From sequence record SRR2962707_1499: 60,452 nucleotides of DNA; one strand, written 5' to 3'. Below are positions 28,785 through 39,450 of the stretch, piece by piece (position 1 is the first letter of the stretch; every line of letters begins with the position of its first letter). Position numbers and translations under genes: made by a program. The notes under the pieces are model-generated. The model was not told the DNA's origin, did not search any database, and saw nothing but the letters and a program-made list of their open reading frames with translations.

Positions 28785-30464
28785 TTAACCTTCCATCACC
28801 CATTGTTTCACAACTTGAGCAACACGCTCCGGCTCTTCGGCAATCAAGCCTCGAATGGCATTAATTTGACGTTCGATTTTCTCTGGCGAACCAGGAACCA
28901 TCACATCTTCAGCACTCACTAAGGAGACTTGATCGTCTGAAATTTCATCGGTCTCATCGGAGAAAATAGCCGCTTCGGTATCTTCTGCCACCGCAATTTT
29001 ATTCTGCTCACTCAGCGTTTTCAGAATCGGTCGCACTACAATCAGCAGCAAGATCAGCACAAACAGACCCACTAAACTTGGTTTCAACAGATTAAGAAAC
29101 CAGGCTTCTTTGTAAAACGGAACCACTTCAGCAGGCGCTTCTGGTTCAGGCAAAGCAAACGGCGAGTTAATCACACTGACACTGTCGCCACGAGAAGGGT
29201 TATAACCCACTGCGTCCCGAACCAATAATGTCAGCCGACCTAATTCTTCATCGCTCCAAGGCGTTCTCTCGACCGCGTTAGTATTCGGATTGATGCTCAC
29301 CAAATCATCCACCACAACCGCCACCGACAATCGATGAATCGTACCTTGCTGGTTTTTGGTGTAACTAATGCTTCTGTCTAATTCAAAATTCCGCGTGGTC
29401 TCTTCCCGAGACTGCCCATTCGACGCGTTGTTTGAGCTTGATGCGCCAATCGGTGCGCCATTTTCATCCACCGCTTCGGGGGCCGTTACCGCGCCTGGCG
29501 GCTGATTGCTTAATGCGCCTGGAATACCACCATTGGTCGCTCCAGCACCTTTTTTCTCTTTCAGCGTCTGTTCGCTCCGCAGCGCCAATAAGTCAGGGTT
29601 ATATTGCTCTGCCGTTTTTTCCACCGCCGTAAAGTCCACATCGGCAGACACTTCTGCTTTAAAGCGGCCATCGCCGACAACAGGACCTAATATGCTGTTG
29701 ACTCGCTGTAACAGAACATCTTCAACACGACGGGTGTAATCAAACTGTTTACCCGCAACAGACAGCTGCGAAGAAGGGTCTTTCTCTGTTAATAAGGTGC
29801 CGCGCTGATCCACCACGGTGACATTTTTCTCGGTCAATTGAGAAATACTAGACGCCACAAGGTTCACAATCGCATCCACTTGGCTGCGATCTAAACGTCG
29901 TCCTGGGTACAATTCAAGAAAAACAGAGGCTGAAGGCTTACGTGTATCGCGCACAAACACAGATTCTTTAGGAATGGCCAAGTGCACACGTGCAGATTTA
30001 ACACTCTGCAAACTGGAAATGGTTTTGCTTAACTCCCCTTCCAAACCACGTCGATAGCGCGCGCTCTCCACAAACTGAGAGGTGCCTAAGCCTTGGTCTT
30101 TATCAAGAATTTCCATCCCCACGGTCTGATCAGAAACAATGCCAGAACCGGCAAGTTTTAGACGTGCTTGTTGATAATAATCGGACTCAACAAGCAAAGC
30201 GCCTGTATTTTGGTCAATTTTAAAGGGAATATTATTGGTGTTAAGAACTTCTACGATTTGATCCGCACTGTAATTAGTAATACTACTCAATACGGGTTTG
30301 TAATCTGGCCCACTGGTCCATAAGACCGCCGCCAAAGCAATAGCAATAGAGGCAGCAAGGCCGACCATTAAAGCAAGCTGTCGAATGACAGTTAGCTTAT
30401 TAAAGCCAGTCACAAGGTCTAGATAGAGCTTTTGCTCTGATTGTTCAGCTGGGACATTATCCAT
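28785..30464 (-). CDS. fliF: MS-ring protein FliF
   Basis: LEGELSKTI, ARVHLAIP, SASVFL; two TMs. Confidence 0.97.
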   Translation of the reverse strand: MDNVPAEQSEQKLYLDLVTGFNKLTVIRQLALMVGLAASIAIALAAVLWTSGPDYKPVLSSITNYSADQIVEVLNTNNIPFKIDQNTGALLVESDYYQQARLKLAGSGIVSDQTVGMEILDKDQGLGTSQFVESARYRRGLEGELSKTISSLQSVKSARVHLAIPKESVFVRDTRKPSASVFLELYPGRRLDRSQVDAIVNLVASSISQLTEKNVTVVDQRGTLLTEKDPSSQLSVAGKQFDYTRRVEDVLLQRVNSILGPVVGDGRFKAEVSADVDFTAVEKTAEQYNPDLLALRSEQTLKEKKGAGATNGGIPGALSNQPPGAVTAPEAVDENGAPIGASSSNNASNGQSREETTRNFELDRSISYTKNQQGTIHRLSVAVVVDDLVSINPNTNAVERTPWSDEELGRLTLLVRDAVGYNPSRGDSVSVINSPFALPEPEAPAEVVPFYKEAWFLNLLKPSLVGLFVLILLLIVVRPILKTLSEQNKIAVAEDTEAAIFSDETDEISDDQVSLVSAEDVMVPGSPEKIERQINAIRGLIAEEPERVAQVVKQWVMEG

Positions 30465-30491
30465 TAAAAAGCGCCAAGCGATATATCATGC

Positions 30492-30857
30492 CTAAATTGG
30501 CATATTCATGATTTTTTCATACGCATCCACAAGCTTATTACGCACCTGCGTCATAGCTTCAAATGAAATACTCGATTTTTGCAGACCTATCATGACTTGA
30601 GGCAAATCTACACCGGCGTCGCCGCGTTCGTATGACTGCGCCAAACTCTTTGCATCCTGCTGCAATGAATTCACATTGTTGACCGCGTCTTTTAGCATGT
30701 CTGCAAAATCGGCACGACCAACCGCATCCCCTTGTTCTCCACCTATTTTAGAAATACCAGGCATAGGCGAGCCAGGCGCATGAACTTGCGCCTTCATTTC
30801 CCGCATTTGGGAAAGCACTTGATTAATATCTGGTCTATCTGTGACCATGCTACTCAC
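30492..30857 (-). CDS. fliE: Basal-body protein FliE
   Basis: QVRNKLVDAYEKIMNMPI. Confidence 0.96.
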   Translation of the reverse strand: MSSMVTDRPDINQVLSQMREMKAQVHAPGSPMPGISKIGGEQGDAVGRADFADMLKDAVNNVNSLQQDAKSLAQSYERGDAGVDLPQVMIGLQKSSISFEAMTQVRNKLVDAYEKIMNMPI

Positions 30858-30915
30858 CTACAAAAAACATATTGATACAGCTTAGCATAAAGGTAATTAA
30901 AACAAGATACAAAAA

Positions 30916-32262
30916 TCAATCCACATCTAAACCACTTTCGCGCATTTTGGCAATTTTGTAACGCAATGTTCGCGGGCTAATACCCAACTTATCAGCCACA
31001 ATCTTGCGTTTACCGTTTGCCTCGATCAACGCTTGGGCAATAATGCGGAATTCATGCTGCTGAACCCCTTTACCCAAAATAGAAGCCGCGCTGTCTTCTT
31101 CCTCTTCTTGAACCTCGCTTACCGCTGGCGCACTCATCATATCGAATGCCACGTGTTCTTCATGGATTTGGCCGTTAGGGCTTAAAATAAGAGCGCGCTG
31201 AATCACATTATCCAACTCTCGCACATTACCAGGCCAAGGGTGCGCCTCAAGTTTACTCAAAGCTGAGGGTTTTAAGACCGCATTTGCGACGCGCATTTTG
31301 ACCGCATGTTTCTCTAAGAAACGCTGAGCAATAGGAATAATATCCCCTTTCCTTTCGCGAATCGGCAACCAGCGCAATGGAAAAACATTTAACCGGTAAT
31401 ACAAATCTTCTCGGAAACCACCATCGCGTACATATTCAGCCAAATCGCGGTTAGTGGTTGCGATCACTCGCACATCAAGCTGAATGGTTTTCTTACCGCC
31501 AAGGCGCTCAACTTCCTGTTCTTGAAGCACTCGAAGCAACTTAGCTTGCAACCCAATGTCTATTTCGGTGATTTCATCCAGCAACAAAGTACCACCATTA
31601 GCCTGCTCAAACTTACCCGCTTGAGCAGAAACCGCGCCAGTATAAGCGCCTTTTTCATAACCAAATAAAATCGCTTCCAGCATATTTTCTGGAATGGCAG
31701 CACAGTTAATAGCGACAAAAGGGGCGTTATTTCGAGCCGATTCTTGGTGAATGTAATTCGCTAATACTTCTTTACCCGTGCCACTCTCACCACAAATCAA
31801 GACCGTTGAATCGGTCACCGCAACGCGCTTCGCCAACTCCAACATAGCAATACTTGAAGGGTCTTTAGCAATTGGCTGATGACTCTGTGAGGCGGTTTTT
31901 TTCACCGTGTATTTTTCGATGGCTTCTAGCAGTTCTTTTTCTTGGAACGGCTTTAATAAATAATCCACCGCGCCGTCACGCATGGCTTCAACGGCATGCG
32001 CGATATCACCATACGCCGTCATTAACATGATGGGCAATTCGGGATAATTCTCAATGACATGATGCAGCAAACCATAGCCATCCATACCCGGTAAGTTGAC
32101 ATCGGAAACCACCATATCAAACGTACTTACCTTAAGCGCTAATACGGCATCTTCCGCATTGAACACCACTTTACACTGATAATTAGCCAGCATTAGTGTG
32201 TCTTCTAACGCTTCAGCCAACCCTTTATCATCTTCAACGATGAGTAACTTAACATCAGACAT
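30916..32262 (-). CDS. fleR: Sigma54-dependent response regulator FleR/FlrC
   Basis: Receiver with Asp (SDVNLP), GESGTGKE, GAYTGA, LLDEI, WPGNVREL, HTH SPRTLRYK. Confidence 0.93.
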   Translation of the reverse strand: MSDVKLLIVEDDKGLAEALEDTLMLANYQCKVVFNAEDAVLALKVSTFDMVVSDVNLPGMDGYGLLHHVIENYPELPIMLMTAYGDIAHAVEAMRDGAVDYLLKPFQEKELLEAIEKYTVKKTASQSHQPIAKDPSSIAMLELAKRVAVTDSTVLICGESGTGKEVLANYIHQESARNNAPFVAINCAAIPENMLEAILFGYEKGAYTGAVSAQAGKFEQANGGTLLLDEITEIDIGLQAKLLRVLQEQEVERLGGKKTIQLDVRVIATTNRDLAEYVRDGGFREDLYYRLNVFPLRWLPIRERKGDIIPIAQRFLEKHAVKMRVANAVLKPSALSKLEAHPWPGNVRELDNVIQRALILSPNGQIHEEHVAFDMMSAPAVSEVQEEEEDSAASILGKGVQQHEFRIIAQALIEANGKRKIVADKLGISPRTLRYKIAKMRESGLDVD

Positions 32263-32263
32263 A

Positions 32264-33418
32264 CTACGCCCTTACAAGAGGAAGCTGCAGACTTGCCGTC
32301 GTGCCCACTCCCTCGATACTGTCTATTTCAAACAAGCCATGATGCGCTCTTGCAATCGCTTTCACAACCATCAAACCTAATCCTGTTCCGTGCTGTTTCG
32401 TTGTCACAAAGCCTTCTTGAACATGCTCTAATTGAGCCTGCGACATGCCTTCTCCTTGGTCTTTAAAAGCAATTCGCAACACACCGTCTTCGCAGCGCCA
32501 TTGCAGAATAACCAGCCCCCCTTCGGATTGAGCATCGATGGCATTATTCAGCAGGTTTAGCAAAGCACCAATTAATGCTTCTTTATTACATTGGATCAAC
32601 AGCGAGGCAATGTCTTGCTCACCATCAATCTCTAATAGGGTATTTTTTTGATCGCATATATCACGACACTCCGCGATCAGATTATCCATGAACACGCTCG
32701 CGTCTAACTTTTCATCCAGTTTAATATCACTACGCGAAAAGATCAGCATGTCACGAATTTGCCGTTCTATATTTTCTAAACGATTAGAGAGTTTATCCGC
32801 AAAACGCTGACGCATCACTGGAGATAAGTCGCTTTTTTGTAAATGCCCTGCGTATAAGGTCGCTGACGACAACGGGGTTCGAATTTGATGCGCTAACGCG
32901 GCAACCATTTTTCCCATATTCGACAAGCGCTCATGGTGTGATAGTTTTTTCTGTAGCAAATAGGCTTCGGTTAAATCGACAAAAATCAATAATTGTCCTG
33001 GCACGTCACCAAGAGAAGCCGTTTCTACACGCACACGCCGACCAGATGTCATGCTAATCTCGTGACCATCGTCTTTTTGTGGGCGAAAGCTCAAGGGCAC
33101 AATGTCGCCCCACGAACGCCCAATTAAAGGCAACTCAAACAGACGATCAGCAACAGGGTTTGCCATTACTACCAAACCTTCCGCGTTTAACAATAAAACG
33201 CCAACTGGCATGGACTCGAAAAGCTGTTGGAATTGCTGTACTAGAATACGATTTTTATCTTGCTCTTCTCGGCGATTTTGTTCAGATTTTTCTAATTGAG
33301 CGGAAAGTTGGGCGACCTGCTCCTGTAAGTCTAAATAAGACTTAGCAAGCACATCTGAAGATTCTGAAAATACTTGAAAGGCCGCCTTTAACTCGGCAAT
33401 CTCTTCGTCCTTTGTCAC
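32264..33418 (-). CDS. fleS: PAS sensor kinase FleS/FlrB
   Basis: LAHQIRTPL H-box, NLLNNA, GTGLGL. Confidence 0.93.
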   Translation of the reverse strand: MTKDEEIAELKAAFQVFSESSDVLAKSYLDLQEQVAQLSAQLEKSEQNRREEQDKNRILVQQFQQLFESMPVGVLLLNAEGLVVMANPVADRLFELPLIGRSWGDIVPLSFRPQKDDGHEISMTSGRRVRVETASLGDVPGQLLIFVDLTEAYLLQKKLSHHERLSNMGKMVAALAHQIRTPLSSATLYAGHLQKSDLSPVMRQRFADKLSNRLENIERQIRDMLIFSRSDIKLDEKLDASVFMDNLIAECRDICDQKNTLLEIDGEQDIASLLIQCNKEALIGALLNLLNNAIDAQSEGGLVILQWRCEDGVLRIAFKDQGEGMSQAQLEHVQEGFVTTKQHGTGLGLMVVKAIARAHHGLFEIDSIEGVGTTASLQLPLVRA

Positions 33419-33921
33419 TAAAACTCCGACTTATCAATATTGTACCGACGCATTTTTTCAATCAATGTGGTTCTTTGGATCTGCAAATTTTGCGCCGCTC
33501 GAGAAACCACTCCCTGTGCTGACACCAATGCCTGCCTGATGAGCAAGGCTTCCAAATGGCGCACATGCAAATTTAGATTCACACCAGAAGGCTGAGGCAG
33601 CAAACGTCTTTGCTGTATTTCTTTCAGCACACTCCAAAAGTCTTGGGAGCGCCAAGGCAGAGGACAATACCACACATTTTCTTCGGTTCGCTCACCATTG
33701 ATAATACTCAATGATGAACGCAAAGAAATCACGGGGATCATCTCATCCAGCTGAACACACTCAACAGAGTGACCAATAACCACAAAATCAGGTAAATGGA
33801 ACGCTGTGAACGACGTACTGTGCTCGACACCAATAAAGGTCAGCACACTTGAGACACTCAGTATCTCTTCGTCATCTAATCCACATAACCAAGCTCTCAC
33901 TCTATTCACCCTCATTCGCAA
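33418..33921 (-). CDS. fleQ: Truncated FleQ/FlrA: N-terminal FleQ-like domain fused directly to Fis-type HTH, no AAA+ domain
   Basis: C-terminus LIRQAL..AQGVVSRAAQNLQIQRTTLIEKMRRY is FleQ-type; N-terminus VSSVLTFIG...EMIPVI; syntenic before fleS. Confidence 0.8.
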   Translation of the reverse strand: MRMRVNRVRAWLCGLDDEEILSVSSVLTFIGVEHSTSFTAFHLPDFVVIGHSVECVQLDEMIPVISLRSSLSIINGERTEENVWYCPLPWRSQDFWSVLKEIQQRRLLPQPSGVNLNLHVRHLEALLIRQALVSAQGVVSRAAQNLQIQRTTLIEKMRRYNIDKSEF

Positions 33922-34045
33922 TATACAAACGCCGCCAATCCATAAGGATAGCGCTAAGCAGGAAGTAAGTCGCTCTTCCCTGATCTAATAATGCGAATTG
34001 AATTCTAGGTTTCAACCCTTCACTCAGCAACTATTGCCTGAAAGA

Positions 34046-34732
34046 CTAGAGTTTCGACAAGATTTGATCAAACTCATCATCGCCATCCGCTGGCGATGCA
34101 TGCCAGGTTAATGTTCCAAGCAAGGGAGCAGGCAGCATATTCGTTAAGCTTTGCAGGTTTTCTTCATAACAAGGCATGGAGTCCTGCCCACCATTCGCCA
34201 CCCAACCCGCAATATTAAGGCCATCACGTAAAATGGCTTCGGCGCTTAACATCGCATGATTTAGACAACCCAGCTTCATGTTCACCACCAGCACCACTGG
34301 AAAATTAAGGCTCTTTGCCAACCCAGATAACAACTCACGATCATTAAGTGGCACTCGCCAACCACCGGCACCTTCGACGATAGCAAAATCATAAGGCGTC
34401 AATAATGCCCCTTTTAAAAAGCCTTCAAGACGAGACACAGTAATCAGACGATTTTCTTGTGCGGCGGCAATATGCGGTGCTATAGCAGGCTCAAGCACAA
34501 CCGGATTTACCTGTTCATAAGGCAATCGCACACTGCTTGCCGCTTGGATCAATAAAGCATCATCATTGCGTAGTGCTCCATCGACCCGTTCCGCCCCTGC
34601 AGCAATGGGTTTTAGTCCAAGAGAGCGGAGTCCAGCACGATGCGCGGCTTTTAATAAACCAACCGTGACATAAGTTTTTCCTGCATCGGTATCTGTTGCC
34701 GTCACAAAAAACGTTTTTTTCACTAGTAACAC
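34046..34732 (-). CDS. bioD: Dethiobiotin synthetase
   Basis: TDTDAGKT, KPIAAG, EGAGGW, LGCLNHA. Confidence 0.96.
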   Translation of the reverse strand: MLLVKKTFFVTATDTDAGKTYVTVGLLKAAHRAGLRSLGLKPIAAGAERVDGALRNDDALLIQAASSVRLPYEQVNPVVLEPAIAPHIAAAQENRLITVSRLEGFLKGALLTPYDFAIVEGAGGWRVPLNDRELLSGLAKSLNFPVVLVVNMKLGCLNHAMLSAEAILRDGLNIAGWVANGGQDSMPCYEENLQSLTNMLPAPLLGTLTWHASPADGDDEFDQILSKL

Positions 34733-34749
34733 CCCATTAAGACACTTTA

Positions 34750-35583
34750 TTAAGAACAGGGCTTTTGCAAAACAACAAAAGCCACTTGGTAACGCAAAGG
34801 AATTCCTCTCTTCTCTCTAAGCTGCTCATATTGCTTGATAAAGGTTTTCCACTTAGAAGGAGACATGCTGTTATTTTGCTTGTTAACCACCAAGCTAGCA
34901 CCGACTTTTTTTAACGAATGAATGGCGTCTTCTGGTGCTGAAAACCACATAGGCACAGTGGCCAACTCTGAATGCTGTATTTGCCAATGACACTCTGTCA
35001 CCTGTGCAAGCAATGCTTCTAACCTTGGGTATTGATTCACATGAGGCGCATTATCGATGCCTTGCCATGCCTGCTCAATTTCTGGCATTGAGCCTTCACA
35101 CAAGGTAGAAAACACCAGATACCCACCAGGCGCGGTGGCCCGATAGAGCTCAGAAAAAAGCGTTTTCGGCTGCAAACACCATTGCATAGCCAAGCTTGAA
35201 AACAACAAATCAAAGGCATTATCAGAAAACGGAAGTGACTCAGCGTCCCCACAAACAAACGAAAGCGCGCCTTGCTGGCTGGGCAAATCAGTCAACAAGT
35301 GATTGCTCGTTCTGGCGGTTTCTAGCATTTGAAAAGATAAATCCAATGCCATAAATAGAGAAGGTGAAAGCGTTTGAGACAGAGTAGCAAGTGCTTGCCC
35401 AGTTCCAGTCCCTACGTCTAAAACAGCATTAGCGTGAGAACAAGGCAAATGCCTAAAGAGCCGATCCAACACCACTCGTTGAAAATCGGCATAAGCATCG
35501 TAGGTTAAAGCGGCACGATCAAATCGCTGGGCAACTTGTCGTTTATAGTGAAAAGAATCTTCACCATCATTAGCTATTGGCAT
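34750..35583 (-). CDS. bioC: Malonyl-ACP O-methyltransferase
   Basis: LDVGTGTG SAM motif, SSLAMQW; bio operon context. Confidence 0.92.
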   Translation of the reverse strand: MPIANDGEDSFHYKRQVAQRFDRAALTYDAYADFQRVVLDRLFRHLPCSHANAVLDVGTGTGQALATLSQTLSPSLFMALDLSFQMLETARTSNHLLTDLPSQQGALSFVCGDAESLPFSDNAFDLLFSSLAMQWCLQPKTLFSELYRATAPGGYLVFSTLCEGSMPEIEQAWQGIDNAPHVNQYPRLEALLAQVTECHWQIQHSELATVPMWFSAPEDAIHSLKKVGASLVVNKQNNSMSPSKWKTFIKQYEQLREKRGIPLRYQVAFVVLQKPCS

Positions 35584-36367
35584 CTATAAAGGTTTCGATA
35601 TGCTGTACGCAAACATCTTCTGCCTCCAAGAAGGATTGATGGGCACAATCTGGCACAACAATCACCTCTTGGAGCGGATTCGCATCGATTTGCGTTGTTA
35701 AAGTCGTTGGGGCCACTAAGGTGTCGTTCTGCCCCAATATATGTAAGTTCGGTAAATCCAACAGCGCACTCTCGCGACGAACGTCTAATGCTCTCAATAA
35801 TCGCAACCCACCCACTAACGCGGTTTTATTAAGCTGCTTTGGCAGCAATGCTTGAAGTTGCTTCATTAAAGGACGCTCTTGTTTTGCCCCTCTTACTTGC
35901 AACATCAAAAATCGCTTCATACCTTGTTCGGGGGACTCATCAACCAACTGAGAAAATTCGTCAAATAACATAGGTGCCATGCCTTCAGGCCAATTTTCTC
36001 GTTGCAAAAAGCTAGGAGAAGCCGACAAGGTAATCAAACCTTTTACACAACTAGAACGACGTGCTGCCACATAAGTAGACACCATGCCTCCCAAAGACCA
36101 ACCGATCCACCAGCAGTCTTTCGGCGCAACAGCAATAAGCTGCTCCGACAAAGCGTCTATGTCGTAATTCGGTTCGATTCGCGTTTGTTCAATCCGGGCT
36201 TCATCCAAAGAAATTCCTGGTAAATTGGCCATCACCACATAGAAACGTTGGCTTAGACGCCGCGCCAAAGGCTTCATCACTTCTTTTGGCATCCCCCAAC
36301 CTGGCACCATAAAAATAGCCGGACAATTTGGATCACCAAGAACTTCTGTTTCGATGCGTATGCGCAT
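35570..36367 (-). CDS. bioH: Pimeloyl-ACP methyl ester esterase
   Basis: PGWG, GWSLGG nucleophile elbow, AHQSF; probable ATG 36367. Confidence 0.88.
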   Translation of the reverse strand: MRIRIETEVLGDPNCPAIFMVPGWGMPKEVMKPLARRLSQRFYVVMANLPGISLDEARIEQTRIEPNYDIDALSEQLIAVAPKDCWWIGWSLGGMVSTYVAARRSSCVKGLITLSASPSFLQRENWPEGMAPMLFDEFSQLVDESPEQGMKRFLMLQVRGAKQERPLMKQLQALLPKQLNKTALVGGLRLLRALDVRRESALLDLPNLHILGQNDTLVAPTTLTTQIDANPLQEVIVVPDCAHQSFLEAEDVCVQHIETFIDANS

Positions 36368-36375
36368 ATTTCCCT

Positions 36376-37551
36376 CTACTGCAATGACGTTAAAACACAC
36401 TCTAGTGAATCACACAGAAAAACCAAATCGTCGTCTGTATGAGACGCACTCAAAGTGATACGCAAACGAGCGCTACCGACAGGCACTGTGGGCGGACGAA
36501 TAGCCGTACACCAGATACCAAGAGATTTTAACGCATCACTCACCTTGATGGCAGTGCTGCTTTCTCCAATGACAATAGGCTGAATAGCGGTGTTTGATGC
36601 CATCAGCTTAACAGGAAGTTGAGAGAGACGGTGACGAAAATACGCAATATGCTGCGCTAATTTCTCGCGCCGCGCTTGCCCTTCAGCAGATTGAATCAGC
36701 TTAAGCGCCGTGAGCGTCGCCCCAGCAATGGCCGGTGACATGGCCGTGGTATACACATAAGGACGAGCAAATTGCGTTAAATAATCGGCCATCGCATGGC
36801 TGGTCGCAACAAAGGCTCCAGAAGTGCCAAAGGCTTTACCAAAAGTGCCCACTAAAATAGGCAATGACTCAGCGTCCAAATTTTCTAAGGCCAGGCTGCC
36901 GCGCCCTTGCTCACCAACACAACCTAAACCATGCGCGTCATCAACCATCAATAACCAGTCACGCCTAGCCGCCAACTTAGACAATTCGGCCAAGGGAGCC
37001 AAATCACCGTCCATACTAAAAATGCCATCCGTGACCAACAAACCCGGTGTTGCCAGCTTGCTGAGTAACTTCTCCGCACTTGCCACATCCCCATGCAAAT
37101 AACGGCGTAATGGCGCTTGCGCTAAAACGGCACCATCTAGCAAGGAGGCATGGTTGAGCTTATCTTGCGCGACGGGACGATCTTTCGCAGCCAAGGCAGA
37201 AATCACCCCTAAATTCGCCATATAACCGGTGCTAAAAAGCATCACTCGCTCATAGCCCAACCAGTCAGCAAGCGCTTCTTCCAACGCTTGATGAGGCGCT
37301 AAATGACCACAAACAAGATGCGATGAGCCGCCGCCCACTCCGTACTGCTGGGCAGACTCATGAAGGCTACGGATCAACTCAGGGTGATTGGCTAGACCAA
37401 GATAATCATTGGAGCAAAAGGCTTTATATTGATGGTTAGCAAAGGTCGCATTAGGCGTTTGCGGCCCTTCTAGGGTCACCGTTTGACGTAGTAAGGATTG
37501 TTGGCGGCGCTCATTCAGCGCCGCCTCCACCCAAGGGGGCGTATTAGGCAT
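36376..37551 (-). CDS. bioF: 8-amino-7-oxononanoate synthase
   Basis: [26 protein letters not shown]; probable ATG 37551 overlapping bioB stop. Confidence 0.96.
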   Translation of the reverse strand: MPNTPPWVEAALNERRQQSLLRQTVTLEGPQTPNATFANHQYKAFCSNDYLGLANHPELIRSLHESAQQYGVGGGSSHLVCGHLAPHQALEEALADWLGYERVMLFSTGYMANLGVISALAAKDRPVAQDKLNHASLLDGAVLAQAPLRRYLHGDVASAEKLLSKLATPGLLVTDGIFSMDGDLAPLAELSKLAARRDWLLMVDDAHGLGCVGEQGRGSLALENLDAESLPILVGTFGKAFGTSGAFVATSHAMADYLTQFARPYVYTTAMSPAIAGATLTALKLIQSAEGQARREKLAQHIAYFRHRLSQLPVKLMASNTAIQPIVIGESSTAIKVSDALKSLGIWCTAIRPPTVPVGSARLRITLSASHTDDDLVFLCDSLECVLTSLQ

Positions 37552-38599
37552 TGGCTTCGTAAAAGAGTTTGGACTCTTCTTGCTTAACCACTTGCGCAGC
37601 AATGGCGTCTACCACGGCAGCGTCTGAATGCTCTTCACGTTGCTCAGGTTTAATGCCCAATTTGGCGAACAACATCATATCTTTGTTCGCTTCTGGGTTA
37701 CTGGTCGTAAGCAGTTTTTCGCCGTAGAAAATCGAGTTGGCACCGGCTAAGAAGCACAGGGCTTGTGTTTGCTCACTCATGCCTTGACGGCCTGCTGATA
37801 GACGAACATGAGATTTCGGCATAACAATACGCGCCACGGCAATAGAACGAATAAAGTCGAATTCATCAAGGTCATCGACGTTTTCCAATGGCGTACCAGC
37901 CACTTTGACCAGCATGTTAATTGGCACACTTTCAGGATGCGGCGTCATTAACGCTAATTGACGAATCAAACCAACACGGTCTTTTTGCTCTTCGCCCATG
38001 CCCATGATGCCACCACAGCATAATTTAATACCAGAACCTCGCACTCGTGACAAAGTGTCTAAGCGGTCTTGATAAGTACGCGTTGTGATAATGCTGTCAT
38101 AAAATTCAGCAGAGGTGTCTAGGTTATGATTGTAATAATCCAAACCTGCTTCAGACAGGCGCTTCGCTTGCTCATCGTTTAATGTGCCGAGCGTGACGCA
38201 AGACTCTAGTCCAAGCGACTTTACGCCCTTGATCATTTCTAATACGTAAGGAAAATCTTTTTCTGAAGGATGCTTCCACGCCGCGCCCATGCAAAAACGG
38301 CTAGCGCCCTTTTCTTTGGCCAATGCCGCTTCTTCCAACACCTTCTGCACTTCCATGAGCTTTTCTTTTTCTAGCTCGGTGTTGTAATGTCCACTTTGAG
38401 GACAGTATTTACAGTCTTCAGGGCAAGCACCTGTCTTAATGGAAAGAAGGGTACTAACCTGTACTTCATTGGGCGCAAAATTCTCACGGTGTACTGTCTG
38501 TGCACGGAACAGGAGATCCGTAAAAGGCAAATCAAAAAGCGCTTGAATTTCAGCATGCGTCCAATCGTAACGCGGCTCATTGGTGTTAGTAGCAGACAT
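37544..38599 (-). CDS. bioB: Biotin synthase
   Basis: CPEDCKYC radical-SAM motif, [14 protein letters not shown]; probable ATG 38599. Confidence 0.98.
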   Translation of the reverse strand: MSATNTNEPRYDWTHAEIQALFDLPFTDLLFRAQTVHRENFAPNEVQVSTLLSIKTGACPEDCKYCPQSGHYNTELEKEKLMEVQKVLEEAALAKEKGASRFCMGAAWKHPSEKDFPYVLEMIKGVKSLGLESCVTLGTLNDEQAKRLSEAGLDYYNHNLDTSAEFYDSIITTRTYQDRLDTLSRVRGSGIKLCCGGIMGMGEEQKDRVGLIRQLALMTPHPESVPINMLVKVAGTPLENVDDLDEFDFIRSIAVARIVMPKSHVRLSAGRQGMSEQTQALCFLAGANSIFYGEKLLTTSNPEANKDMMLFAKLGIKPEQREEHSDAAVVDAIAAQVVKQEESKLFYEANA

Positions 38600-38616
38600 A
38601 GTACCCTCAAAAATAA

Positions 38617-39390
38617 GTGTCAAGGATGGCAATACTAATGAACCATGGAAAACTGTCAACCATAAATATTATCAAGGTTTACAACAGATTGTTTATCGAG
38701 CAATGTTATTTATGCCATGCTCCGAGCCGAAAACCTCTCTGTTCTTACTGTGAAGCTGGCTTCAATCGTAACGCGTTTGCCTGCCCATTATGCAAACGCC
38801 CAAGCCAAGGAACTTTGAGTTCTATTTGCGGCCAATGCCAAGTTTCTCCCCCGCTCTACCACAACTGCCTTGCTCCTTTGCGGTTCGAAGGCCTCACACA
38901 GCACCTCATCCACGCGATTAAATTCCAGCAACAGGCACACTATATTCGCCCCTTAATACAAGTACTCAGCGAGACACTCATCGAACACTATGACTCTGTG
39001 GATAACTGGCCTAGCCAAATCATTTTTGTGCCAAGTCATCCAGCACGAATCAAAGAGCGCGGCTTTTGCCAAACCCAACTTATGGTGGCTGAATTGTACA
39101 AAATACTCTTGCTGCAATTAAAAGAGAAAACGCCAAAGCACACTAAAAAGAGCCCTATTAAAAAAGCTCTGCATACCCAAGCGCAACACACGCTAAGTAA
39201 GAAAAAACGTTCAGAAAATCAACAAGGTGTATATCAAGTAACAGGTGAAATAGAAGACCATGTCGCCCTTTTTGACGACGTCATGACCAGTGGCAACACC
39301 CTAGAAACCTGCGTGAAGCTGTTAAAAAAAGCAGGCGCGAAACAGGTCGATGTTTGGGTTATCGCCAGAACGCCAGAAAAAAACCAGTAA
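38617..39390 (+). CDS. comF: ComF-family protein (Zn ribbon + phosphoribosyltransferase); start uncertain, possibly TTG 38689
   Basis: Four CxxC pairs, [15 protein letters not shown]. Confidence 0.88.
   Translation: MSRMAILMNHGKLSTINIIKVYNRLFIEQCYLCHAPSRKPLCSYCEAGFNRNAFACPLCKRPSQGTLSSICGQCQVSPPLYHNCLAPLRFEGLTQHLIHAIKFQQQAHYIRPLIQVLSETLIEHYDSVDNWPSQIIFVPSHPARIKERGFCQTQLMVAELYKILLLQLKEKTPKHTKKSPIKKALHTQAQHTLSKKKRSENQQGVYQVTGEIEDHVALFDDVMTSGNTLETCVKLLKKAGAKQVDVWVIARTPEKNQ
38653..38684. promoter_or_regulatory. BirA operator (bioO)
   Basis: cTGTCAACC-N14-GGTTTACAa, matches the TGTAAACC-N14/16-GGTTTACA consensus; upstream of bioB. Confidence 0.85.
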
Positions 39391-39450
39391 TAAAACCACG
39401 CTGGCAAGCGGAGTCACCATTGTTTAGTATGCGCGAGCTTAAACTACAAA

